Positions 9,513 through 17,880 are shown, numbered from the stretch's first letter. The stretch: 30,514 bases of DNA from an uncultured archaeon (GCA_964510585.1 CAZECW010000094.1:1-30514), one strand, 5' to 3'. The notes: a model not told the origin generated them from the letters alone. Translations and numbers: made by a program.

Positions 9513-9893
9513 ATGGAACGTTTAGCACGCCTAATCGAGGAGGATGAGTGCTCGGCAAAGTGTGAAGAATACGCTGATGAACTAAAAAAATTAATGGTAG
9601 AGATGGATAAAACCCCGTTATGCAAGTTTGGATCTCTACTTTTTAAAGCCCTAGCGGATCGTAATCGTCTAAGAATTTTGAAGATGCTGGCTGTTAGAGA
9701 GATGTGTGTTTGCGAATTAAATGTGGCATTAGACATTTCTCAGGGAACAATATCGCACCATCTGAAAATCCTCCAAGAAGCCAAATTAATAAAGGGAAGA
9801 GTGAAAGGTAAATGGAACTATTACCGACTCAGCAGTAAACAAGTTGATAAATTCATAAAAATCAGCGAACAACTCATAAAGGAATTATACTAA
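9513..9893 (+). CDS. arsR: ArsR/SmtB-family metalloregulator
   Basis: FKALADRNRLRIL, EMCVCEL (alpha3 CxC) and SQGTISHHLKIL motifs. Extra N-terminal Cys (ECSAKC, PLC). ATG 9513 is preferred over the ORF-track start at 9483. Confidence 0.93.
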   Translation: MERLARLIEEDECSAKCEEYADELKKLMVEMDKTPLCKFGSLLFKALADRNRLRILKMLAVREMCVCELNVALDISQGTISHHLKILQEAKLIKGRVKGKWNYYRLSSKQVDKFIKISEQLIKELY

Positions 9894-10212
9894 AAAGCAA
9901 ACTCACGACTTTTCTTTACCCAAAAGGTAATATGGGAACCAACTAAATTTATTTTGATTCCAGGTAGCTACCTCCAAATAGAGCAGAAAAACACATCCTG
10001 AGAATTAAAACTAATTGAAAACTTTATAAACACTAGAAAAAGAAAAAACAGAAAAAGGAGGCACCGAAATTGGAACAGGCAGAAGCCACCAATCGCCATT
10101 TCACTAAACACCTCATGTAATTATGCTTCTGGGAACCATCAATGTCTAGCTTGAATTAAGCCTGAGGTATGAGTAGGAGGACAGTTTTTGTGGGTGCCAT
10201 GAATTTTTAGAT

Positions 10213-11250
10213 TTATTTAATTTTGTCCATTTCTTCTTTGATGCTTTCTAGAATTTGTTCTTGGGAGGGTGTGGTTTTTGTGAATTTTAGATTTCCATTG
10301 ATTATTAATGCGGGTATTAGAGAGTTTTTTCCTGCCTCTATTAATCCTTTTGAAACTGTGGTTCCTGGGGGGCGGGCTTCTCCTTTTCTCCAGATTCTGA
10401 GTTCTATTTTTTGTTCTTCTCCTGACTCCTCAATTGCTTTTTTAACGTTTTCCTCGATCTCTGAGCATGTTTCTGTTGGTGGGTTGTCTAAAAGTAGTTC
10501 GATTAACAGTTTTCCGTAGGCTAGGGGAGGGATTCCATAAAGCAACCATTTTTCTGTTGTGTACTTGGTTTCGAGAACTGTCTTGAGGAACTCTTTTTCC
10601 TGCGGCGTTAAGTCTCCTTTTACGAGTTTTACTTTGAAATCGTTAATTATTTTGATGCAGGTGTTCTTGATGAAATCCTCTCGGGATAAATTTTCCTTAT
10701 AACGGTTTTTTATGCTTGTAATTATTCTGGGAAGCAGATTTAACCTGTTTGGAACTGTGAAATTTGTATCAAGGTAAACGACTCCCTGAAAAACGAGTAC
10801 ATCATAGTACCAGAATTGGGCGGCTTGCGAAACAATTTTCCCATCTTCAACTAGATAAAAAGGATCCTCATACGTGCAGGGTATGCCGTAGGATCTGATG
10901 GCTCTTATTATGGGACTATAAATTGCCACATAAATTTCTCGGATATTCTTGGGCAAATCATAATTCTTTGTGTTGATAATGAAGGTGAATATTAGTGAGT
11001 TTTCATCGATGAAAAAGCTGGGACCGAAGGTGTGTCTCCTAGCAAGCTCAATTCCGTGCTTTTTGAGTGTGTCTATTTCCTCCTCTTCTAATGTGTCGTC
11101 GCCGATGCTTAATGTTGGTTTACAGCTCCAAAAATGGATGGTGCTTGGCGCTAGAGAGTTATGCACTTGGATCATGATTGTTTCATCCATTGCAAATCCT
11201 ACATGAGGGTTTAAATGCTCGTTAATTATTAGTCTAATTTCGTTAGCCAT
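10213..11250 (-). CDS. Degenerate lipoate-ligase (LplA/BPL fold) domain fused to C-terminal thioredoxin-like domain
   Basis: AMDETIM, TIHFWS and ARRHTFGP (vs RRxSGGG). KIVSQAAQ...FQG replaces RKISGNAQ...HGT. C-terminal IELL...PPTETCSEIE...IPALIING...PS. Confidence 0.8.
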   Translation of the reverse strand: MANEIRLIINEHLNPHVGFAMDETIMIQVHNSLAPSTIHFWSCKPTLSIGDDTLEEEEIDTLKKHGIELARRHTFGPSFFIDENSLIFTFIINTKNYDLPKNIREIYVAIYSPIIRAIRSYGIPCTYEDPFYLVEDGKIVSQAAQFWYYDVLVFQGVVYLDTNFTVPNRLNLLPRIITSIKNRYKENLSREDFIKNTCIKIINDFKVKLVKGDLTPQEKEFLKTVLETKYTTEKWLLYGIPPLAYGKLLIELLLDNPPTETCSEIEENVKKAIEESGEEQKIELRIWRKGEARPPGTTVSKGLIEAGKNSLIPALIINGNLKFTKTTPSQEQILESIKEEMDKIK

Positions 11251-11271
11251 CTCTTGGCTCCCATCATGGTT

Positions 11272-11613
11272 TTATTTAGATAGGGATTCTATGTCCTTTG
11301 TGGTTTCTGATATTCTGCGTAGGTGTTCTAGTATCATTTCATCGATCAGTTTTAGAACGAGGAATATTCGTGGATCCTTAACCTTATACTCCACTTTTTG
11401 CCCAATTTTTTTGTGCTCTAATATGTTGCAATTTTTTAGGATTTGAATGTGTTGGGAAACTGTAGATTGAGACTTGTAAACGTGGGGTAAAATATCGCAT
11501 TGACAGCACTCACCACTCCTCAGAAGATCCAGAATCTTCAACCTGGTTTCATCAGCCAAGGCTTTGAGCAGCTCAATCCTCTTCTTATACAGAAGCTCCT
11601 CCTTCTTCTCCAA
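11272..11613 (-). CDS. arsR: ArsR/SmtB-family metalloregulator (CCxC type)
   Basis: LKALADETRLKILDLLRSGECCQCDI and SQSTVSQHIQIL. Confidence 0.92.
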   Translation of the reverse strand: MEKKEELLYKKRIELLKALADETRLKILDLLRSGECCQCDILPHVYKSQSTVSQHIQILKNCNILEHKKIGQKVEYKVKDPRIFLVLKLIDEMILEHLRRISETTKDIESLSK

Positions 11614-11666
11614 ACCTGATCACATTGAGAATTCCTCATTTGAAATAATTCAAATAAGTTATCATA

Positions 11667-12263
11667 CTAAATTTGGATAACGTGAATCTTTTTTTCAAGC
11701 TCCGCAGATTTTTCACTATCCAAATAGGGACAAGCGCGGGGAGAGTTTTCACCAGTTGCTAGCTTTATGGCAAATCCGTAACATGTGGAAACCCCACACT
11801 CCCCACAATCCTTTTTGGGCAAAAATTTGTTGATTTCAATTGGGCTGAGCTTGGTTTTGCTACTCATCAACTCCGGAGATATCTTCCCGTGGCGATTCAC
11901 ATAAATAGAAGCTCGATTTAAAAGATCCTTAACGTATCTCAGGATACTTTCGGCTTCTTCCCTATCTTTAAGATTTGTAACAGTTATTTTCCCAGCACCA
12001 AAAATTGTGATTAGATGCTCCTGAAACATGAAGCTCATGGACTCCGACTGCCTATTATATGTGGCCTGGGGAAGGTAAAGGTAAATGGCGGGAAGCAAAT
12101 CATCCAGATTTTCACTAGTGGTTCCCACAACTCTTATCCTCTCGGAGCTTGTCAAACAGGGAAGAACTTCAGATATTTTAATCTCCTTCACTCTGGGAGG
12201 AATAAGTAGATTAATAAGGGAAGACCCCTTTTGCCCATCATCAACCATAATCATATCCTCCAT
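11667..12263 (-). CDS. Fe-S-binding protein (COG4871-like; C-terminal putative Fe-S domain)
   Basis: N-terminal LPCLTSSERIRV...HLITIFGAGKITV and C-terminal LPKKDCGECGVSTCYGFAIKL...CPYL. ATG 12263 follows the SD AGGTG. Confidence 0.8.
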   Translation of the reverse strand: MEDMIMVDDGQKGSSLINLLIPPRVKEIKISEVLPCLTSSERIRVVGTTSENLDDLLPAIYLYLPQATYNRQSESMSFMFQEHLITIFGAGKITVTNLKDREEAESILRYVKDLLNRASIYVNRHGKISPELMSSKTKLSPIEINKFLPKKDCGECGVSTCYGFAIKLATGENSPRACPYLDSEKSAELEKKIHVIQI

Positions 12264-12366
12264 TAACACAAACACCTAAACATCACATTAGTTTCTACCC
12301 GCATTTCTAACAAGTTAAAAGACCATCAACTCCTACTGCATTGAACATAGAAAAAAATGCATTTAA

Positions 12367-12386
12367 ATATTGCTATATGATAATAT
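12367..12386. promoter_or_regulatory. Putative ArsR-type operator
   Basis: ATATTG-CTATATGA-TAATAT adjacent to TTTAAAT, upstream of the Fe-S/ArsR/ligase-like unit. Confidence 0.5.
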
Positions 12387-12565
12387 ACTAATATAACGCC
12401 GAAGCCTAAAAAACAACCGAAAACAAACAAAAATTGAACCAGCAAAACAAAACGCCAAAAAGAAAATCCTTGGAGGTATAGGATTTTGCAAATCTTAATC
12501 ATTCACTCGATAGTATCTGGATATTAAGCGCCTACGGGCATAAGAATTTCTAGTTTCAGACTTAA

Positions 12566-12844
12566 CTAATTAGTAACATTCTTTGATTCTAGTATGGATT
12601 CCAGTATTGCCTCCTCCAAGGTTTCTGGCTGGACATTTTTGATAAACTTTTTGGTTCCATTTATCACAATGCCTACATCTTTAATATTGTACTTCCTTGC
12701 TTCCTCAGAAAGAGAGGATTTTAAAATGAATTCGATGTGGTCTCTGTATTTTAGGGAAGTGCTCCACACGCGATCTAGAAATTCTGAATAGTAGCAGCCG
12801 CACAACTCTATGGGAACAAAAATTTCTAATTTGATTTTTGACAT
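12566..12844 (-). CDS. Small thioredoxin-fold-like protein with CxC motif
   Basis: KIKLEIFVPIELCGCYYSEFLDRV...GIVINGTKKF. Clear paralog of 28749..29009. Confidence 0.75.
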   Translation of the reverse strand: MSKIKLEIFVPIELCGCYYSEFLDRVWSTSLKYRDHIEFILKSSLSEEARKYNIKDVGIVINGTKKFIKNVQPETLEEAILESILESKNVTN

Positions 12845-12924
12845 GGAAATTCACCCTTGTTTTTAATTTTCGTGGAGATGGATTCTCATCCCATTTATAT
12901 ATACAGAAGTTTAAATATTTAAAT

Positions 12925-12944
12925 ATATCGATAAATGGTTATAC
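12925..12944. promoter_or_regulatory. Putative ArsR-type operator (weak right arm)
   Basis: ATATCG-ATAAATGG-TTATAC adjacent to TTTAAATA repeats. Confidence 0.45.
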
Positions 12945-13310
12945 TATGATAAAACTGTGCTCCAACATTCACGAGAAACAGTAGGACTCCTTCAACAAGC
13001 AAACCAAAGAACTGCAAAACAAAGCCCGAACCAAAAACAAATTGCAGAAAAACATAAAAACAAGGGAACAGCCAAAAAGGCAAAAAGGCAAACACAGCAC
13101 CTTCTCAGCACACAACCATTTTTAAAAAGAGTTTCCCATCCAAAAATTCAAACCTCCCTATTCCAAGAATAAAGGCATTATGATCAGTGTTTTGCGTGAA
13201 TTCTTTTCTCTTTCAAAGTATGAGCTAATGATTATTCTAATATGTAAAGTGTTTATCTTAAAAAATAGCAAAAATAAAAAAATTTAAATATTATGTTTGG
13301 TAAATAAAAT

Positions 13311-13330
13311 ATATCGTTTAATGGCAATAT
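13311..13330. promoter_or_regulatory. Putative ArsR-type operator downstream of TATA of radical SAM pair
   Basis: ATATCG-TTTAATGG-CAATAT, with TTTAAATA at 13283-13290. Confidence 0.6.
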
Positions 13331-13475
13331 AACGTTAATAACTCCGAAAATTTTTCAAATTGATAAATATGTGTAAGAAACAATAATTCAAAATGCCATT
13401 AAAGTTCACAGATCTATAAAAAATAACACTGGTAGAAAATCCCAAAGAGGGTAAGGGCTGGTAGGAGGTTTAAAA

Positions 13476-14930
13476 ACGGTTAGTACAATCTCCTCAATAG
13501 AGGTTTTAAAATCTACAATTGACAACAGATTTGTTCGTTTCCTGTTAAGAAGACTAACCCGTAAATGTAGGATAGACGGAAAAAGCCGCTTAAACATCGC
13601 CCTAGAACTTTTTTCAGGAGCTAGAGAAAAAGCTTGCTTTACTTGCAGCCACATAACCCTACCTATTGTTCGGTGGACTATAAACAGAGGCGGCGCAGCA
13701 TTTGGAGTTTCAGAGGAAGATTTGAAAACCAGGTTCAAAGACCCCTATTGGCGCACAGGCCTCGTGGACGTAATTAAGGGAATAGCAAAATATGGTGTAA
13801 AAAAGCCCTTCGTTCCCGGAGCGCCATTCCTCATTGTGTGGGACTACACCTACGCCTGCAACCTGAGATGCAAACACTGCTACGCCTCAGCCGGTAAGCC
13901 TCTACCCAACGAATTCAGCGCCAGGGAGGCACTCGACACTGCTGATGAGCTTGCCGACGCCGGAGTTACCGCTGTTGCATTCTCGGGAGGAGAACCCCTG
14001 ATGCGGAAAGATCTATTCGACACCATGAAGAGGCTGAGAGACAACGGAGTATTCACAGCTGTTGCAACAAACGGAACCCTCATAACTAGGGAGGTTGCTA
14101 AAAAACTTGCAGACCTCGGTGCGGGTTTTGTTCAGATAAGTCTGGATGGCGCAAGCGCCGAAACCCACGATAGTTTCCGCGGTGTGCCTGGCACCTATGA
14201 GAGAACACTCCAAGCTATTAAAAATTGTGTTGAAAACGGCCTCTTCGTTGAGATCTCAACCACAGCTACAAAAATGAATTATGAAGAAGTTCCCAAGATC
14301 GCTGATTTGTGTGAGAAGATTGGCGTCGACTGGTACATGATTTTTAACTTCGTTCCAACTGGTAGAGGATACTTCATGATAGAAAACGACCTAACACCCG
14401 AAGATAGGGAAGATCTTCTCAAGATACTGTGGAACAGGTTGAAAAGTGGTGGTAAACTACAGTATCTATCCACAGCACCTCAATTTGCCAGGGTGGCTCT
14501 ACAAGAAGAGAAAGATTCGGAAAAGAAGATTATACCGGGACACTTCTACAATCCTACGCTAATGGGGCAACTCTCTAACTTGGGTGACTTCATTGGTGGT
14601 TGTGGAGCGGGTAGAATGTATGCAGCCCTTGAGCCTGAGGGCACTCTGCAGCCTTGTGTTTTTCTACCAATTAAACTGGGAAATCTCAGGGAGGAGAGAT
14701 TCGAAGAGATATGGGACAATCATCCCATCCTTCAAACGCTTAGAAACAGGGATGAGCTGAAGGGAAGATGTAAAACCTGCGAGTACAGAGATGTCTGCGG
14801 AGGATGCAGAGCAAGAGCCTACGGATACTTTGGCGATGTCACCGCCCCAGATCCGGGATGCATATATAATAAGGATGTTTTCTACAAACTTAAGACTGAA
14901 TTCGAGGAGAAAAAGGTGATCGAGATTTAG
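13476..14930 (+). CDS. Radical SAM/SPASM protein with archaeal N-terminal extension
   Basis: CNLRCKHC, FSGGEP, QISLDG and SPASM motifs (GCGAG...QPCVF; CKTC...CGGCRARAY...DPGC). The frame is open and protein-like from about 13455. The only SD-supported start is ACG at 13476 (GGAGGT 13464-13469). The ORF-track start at 13722 truncates the conserved N-terminus. Confidence 0.88.
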   Translation, partial: TVSTISSIEVLKSTIDNRFVRFLLRRLTRKCRIDGKSRLNIALELFSGAREKACFTCSHITLPIVRWTINRGGAAFGVSEEDLKTRFKDPYWRTGLVDVIKGIAKYGVKKPFVPGAPFLIVWDYTYACNLRCKHCYASAGKPLPNEFSAREALDTADELADAGVTAVAFSGGEPLMRKDLFDTMKRLRDNGVFTAVATNGTLITREVAKKLADLGAGFVQISLDGASAETHDSFRGVPGTYERTLQAIKNCVENGLFVEISTTATKMNYEEVPKIADLCEKIGVDWYMIFNFVPTGRGYFMIENDLTPEDREDLLKILWNRLKSGGKLQYLSTAPQFARVALQEEKDSEKKIIPGHFYNPTLMGQLSNLGDFIGGCGAGRMYAALEPEGTLQPCVFLPIKLGNLREERFEEIWDNHPILQTLRNRDELKGRCKTCEYRDVCGGCRARAYGYFGDVTAPDPGCIYNKDVFYKLKTEFEEKKVIEI

Positions 14931-14943
14931 GGGATACCTCTGT

Positions 14944-16335
14944 ATGCGTGTCTTGTTTGTTTTTCCCCCCTCTGTTTCAGCCATTCTCAACATTCTTGGT
15001 ACTACCTCTCCGCCTCTCGGGCTTGCTTATCTAGCCTCTTCGCTTGAGAGGGAGGGTGTGAATGTTAAGATTCTTGACGCGCAGGCACTAAATTTGAGCT
15101 TTGAGGAAATCGAAAGAGAGATAAGAGTTTGGAAACCCGATGTTGTCGGTGCCACGGGCGCCACACCAGCCTGCTTTGATGCACTCAGGGCTTTGGAGAT
15201 AGCTAAAAATTATGGTGCTAAAACTGTGGTGGGTGGTCCTCACTTCTCGTTTACAGACGTTGAAACTCTTGATAACTATCCTTTTGTGGACTTTGTTGTG
15301 AGAGGTGAGGGTGAAGAAACAATTGTGGAGCTTATAAGGGCTCTCGAGGGAAGCGGAAAAGTTTCGGAGGTATTAGGCTTGACGTACAGGGATGGAGAAA
15401 GTGTTCGAAAGAATCAGGATAGGCCGCTCATTAAAAATATTGACAGTATTCCCTTTCCAGCGTTCCACCTTCTCCCCATGAACAAGTACACTTTCGGCAA
15501 GTACCATTACGCAACAGCTATGACAAGCCGGGGTTGCCCTTACAGATGTGTTTTTTGCGCCTCATCAAAACTATTCGGTAAAAGGTGGAGGGGCAGAAGC
15601 CCAGAGAACGTGGCAGATGAGCTGGAACAACTTACTGAAAATTACCGTGTTAGAAACATTGAGTTTCTCGACGATACATTCACCCTAGACAAGGAACGGG
15701 CGGAGAAGATTTGTGACGAAATAATTAAGAGGGGACTGGATATAGTTTGGAATTGCTCCTCTAGGGTAAACACCATCAGCCGCAGTTTACTTGAAAAAAT
15801 GAAGAGAGCTGGCTGTACCTCCATATACTACGGCGTTGAATCTGGCTCCCAAGAAATACTGGATCGCATGAAGAAGGGAATCACACTAGACCAGATAGTA
15901 AGGGCGTTTAAAATAACCAAACGGGTGGGTATGGAGATAATAGGTTCATTCATAATCGGCTTCCCGGGTGAAACAATAAACACGATTAAAAAAACTATTA
16001 GTTTCGCAAAGTTTCTAAAACCGGACTACGCCCAATTCACCATCTGCACTCCATATCCCGGAACAGAACTCTTCGAAATCATTGAAAACAGTGACAATAT
16101 GCAGCTTTTAACCAAGGACTGGAGTGAATACGATGCCTTGAAACCAGTGTTTACGATAAACGATACACTCTATCCCTCACCATTAGATCTTATAAAATGG
16201 GTGAAGAAAGCCTATTTGAATTTCTATGTTTCACTGAGCTTTCTGTTTCAGCAGCTTAAAAAGAAACGCTTCATTGTTTGGAGAAAGGTGCTAAACGCAT
16301 TTAAGAATTATATAAAAGGCAATATCAGGTTCTGA
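14944..16335 (+). CDS. Cobalamin-binding radical SAM protein (class B methyltransferase-like)
   Basis: PPLGLAYLAS, GGPH, GEGE, SRGCPYRCVFC, DDTF, YGVESGSQ, IIGFPGET and TPYPGT motifs. Confidence 0.93.
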   Translation: MRVLFVFPPSVSAILNILGTTSPPLGLAYLASSLEREGVNVKILDAQALNLSFEEIEREIRVWKPDVVGATGATPACFDALRALEIAKNYGAKTVVGGPHFSFTDVETLDNYPFVDFVVRGEGEETIVELIRALEGSGKVSEVLGLTYRDGESVRKNQDRPLIKNIDSIPFPAFHLLPMNKYTFGKYHYATAMTSRGCPYRCVFCASSKLFGKRWRGRSPENVADELEQLTENYRVRNIEFLDDTFTLDKERAEKICDEIIKRGLDIVWNCSSRVNTISRSLLEKMKRAGCTSIYYGVESGSQEILDRMKKGITLDQIVRAFKITKRVGMEIIGSFIIGFPGETINTIKKTISFAKFLKPDYAQFTICTPYPGTELFEIIENSDNMQLLTKDWSEYDALKPVFTINDTLYPSPLDLIKWVKKAYLNFYVSLSFLFQQLKKKRFIVWRKVLNAFKNYIKGNIRF

Positions 16336-16769
16336 GAGTGTAGGAAACAATATCTCAATCTTAACTTGAATCTCTTTAGGCAAGATATAAGACAGTAACA
16401 CCATAGAATTTATTTTTAGGAAGCGTTGAAGCATTCTTTGTCTTTTTTCTTATGAATGTGAATCAGGTGCTTTGCCAAAATTCTTCTCTGACAGTCTTGC
16501 GGTCTTGAGTTAAATTTTCAAGAAGGACAAGATAATCAAGGCTGATGAAACGGTTATAACTGAAAAGGAAGAAACGCTTCAATGGAGAATAAATTAGGAA
16601 AGACCTTATGAAGAGTATTTTTAATGAATCGAGGTCCTTAGCGTGAATTTTCATAGTAGAAGAAGGGGCCAGCCTATAATTTCTACAATGTGAACCTACG
16701 CCAATTTAGGGTGGTTTATATACACCAGCGCAATTTTAATCATGCATTTACATGAATTTATTTTAATCA

Positions 16770-16928
16770 TTAACAGCACCCACCACTGGAGCCACCAGAA
16801 GGTAAAATTTTTTTAAATTCATTTTTCCAGCACTCGGTACACAGCCAAATTTTTCCTAAACTGCGATGTGTACCGCAAAGCAGGCTCACGTTTTCGCCAC
16901 TTTTACCGCAGATACCACACTTGTCCAT
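16770..16928 (-). CDS. Unannotated 52-aa Cys-rich protein (CxxC...CxxH...CxxC...terminal CC)
   Basis: MDKCGICGKSGENVSLLCGTHRSLGKIWLCTECWKNEFKKILPSGGSSGGCC*. It has the SD GGTGA, a TATA at 16982-16989 and a perfect operator between them. Below the ORF-track length cutoff. Confidence 0.8.
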   Translation of the reverse strand: MDKCGICGKSGENVSLLCGTHRSLGKIWLCTECWKNEFKKILPSGGSSGGCC

Positions 16929-16948
16929 TTTTTTTCACCATCTCCAGA

Positions 16949-16989
16949 GTTATATTGCTATACGCCAATATAACGATTTATTATTTAAA
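16949..16989 (-). promoter_or_regulatory. Promoter with perfect 9-bp inverted-repeat operator
   Basis: GTTATATTG-CTATACGC-CAATATAAC (16949-16974) lies downstream of TTTAAATA and a purine-rich BRE on the minus strand. Confidence 0.75.
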
Positions 16990-17250
16990 CCTTTTTTCCA
17001 CTAACGAAAAGATTTATGTGAAGAGGTACAAGGTATTTGGAGGATTGGTTTGGGGCAATGTTTTAGTGTTTTTACAGTGAAAAACCTTGGACAAAGCGAG
17101 GTTCAAGAAGAATAGAGGGACAAATGGGCAACCATAGTAACTTTAACCCAAAACTTACAAACATATATGACCTTTTTTTAGCGTATCTATTTATTTATTA
17201 GACAGCTTCCCTTGATTGAAAACTCAAGCGGGATTAACTCCTCAACTTTA

Positions 17251-17529
17251 TTGACACTCTCCGCGACTAAAGTCGGGAGATTCTTGCTTCTGGCTCATTG
17301 GGAGCCTTAGGAAGCAATGGGTGTGCCATCACCCAGTTAACACGCCCCTTCCCTCAAGGGAACGGCGTCTATTTTGGCACCCTCATGGGGGCTGCGTCTT
17401 GTTTAGCCTCTTAAGCCCAAGCCAAACCCTTCAGCTACCAACAACTATTTATGTACCCTACTTTCAAATAAGCTTTTTTGGCGATTCATCCCCACGACTT
17501 GAAGTCGGGGGCTTTCCCGCCAAGGTTTT
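17251..17529 (-). mobile_element. Complete 279-bp IS200/IS605-derived miniature element
   Basis: On the minus strand it starts after TTTAC with a left-end hairpin (CCCCCGACTTCAAGTCGTGGG) and ends GAAGCAAGAATCTCCCGACTTTAGTCGCGGAGAGTGTCAA (right-end hairpin plus TCAA). No coding capacity. A second copy lies at 1-134. Confidence 0.88.
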
Positions 17530-17631
17530 GTAAAAGAAACATAAATAACCAAAAAACATCGGCAAGTTCTTGTAAGAACACTTGAAAAAAGTTAAATACA
17601 TGTATATGTGTATTTAATTTTGGTGGTATCA

Positions 17632-17880
17632 TTGGGACATAAGACCATTACAATTTCCGAGGAGGCATATAATTCACTAGCTGCGCTTAAACGTGAGAAT
17701 GAAAGTTTCACAGAGGTAATCCTCAGAGTAGTTTCCGAACTAAACAGGAAGCCGCTAACTTGGTTCGCGGGGAAATGGATTGGCGATAAATCAGAGCTTG
17801 ATGAGATTCTTAGGGTAATTCGCAGCGCCTGGACTGAGTATGAGGCAGAGCTAGGTGAGAGGAAAAATGGTTTGTTTTGA
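17632..17880 (+). CDS. vapB: VapB-type antitoxin (DUF217/COG1753-like)
   Basis: KTITISEEAYNSLAALKRENESFTEVILR...FAGKW. TTG 17632 is preferred as start. Confidence 0.88.
   Translation: MGHKTITISEEAYNSLAALKRENESFTEVILRVVSELNRKPLTWFAGKWIGDKSELDEILRVIRSAWTEYEAELGERKNGLF

Noticed and set aside
9968-10099. 43-aa Phe-rich minus-strand ORF (MAIGGFCLFQFRC...) with a GAGGTG upstream
   Set aside because: It runs through a T-rich terminator-like tract and has no recognisable motif. It cannot be supported without homologs.
12957-13172. 71-aa Lys/Gln-rich ORF and its T-rich opposite strand
   Set aside because: Low-complexity A-rich intergenic DNA with no motif or SD. The reverse frames contain stops, and the apparent hydrophobicity is a composition artefact.
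3139-16335. Possibility that the radical SAM genes are archaeal lipoyl synthases LipS1/LipS2 or LipA
   Set aside because: The architectures (FGPVPSRR family, SPASM, B12-binding) do not match, and I see no LipA auxiliary-cluster motif or LipS2 GCPxCxRP motif.
16463-16654. 63-aa ORF that faintly resembles a nucleotidyltransferase C-terminus
   Set aside because: No catalytic GS...DxD motif and no SD. At best an unidentifiable remnant.
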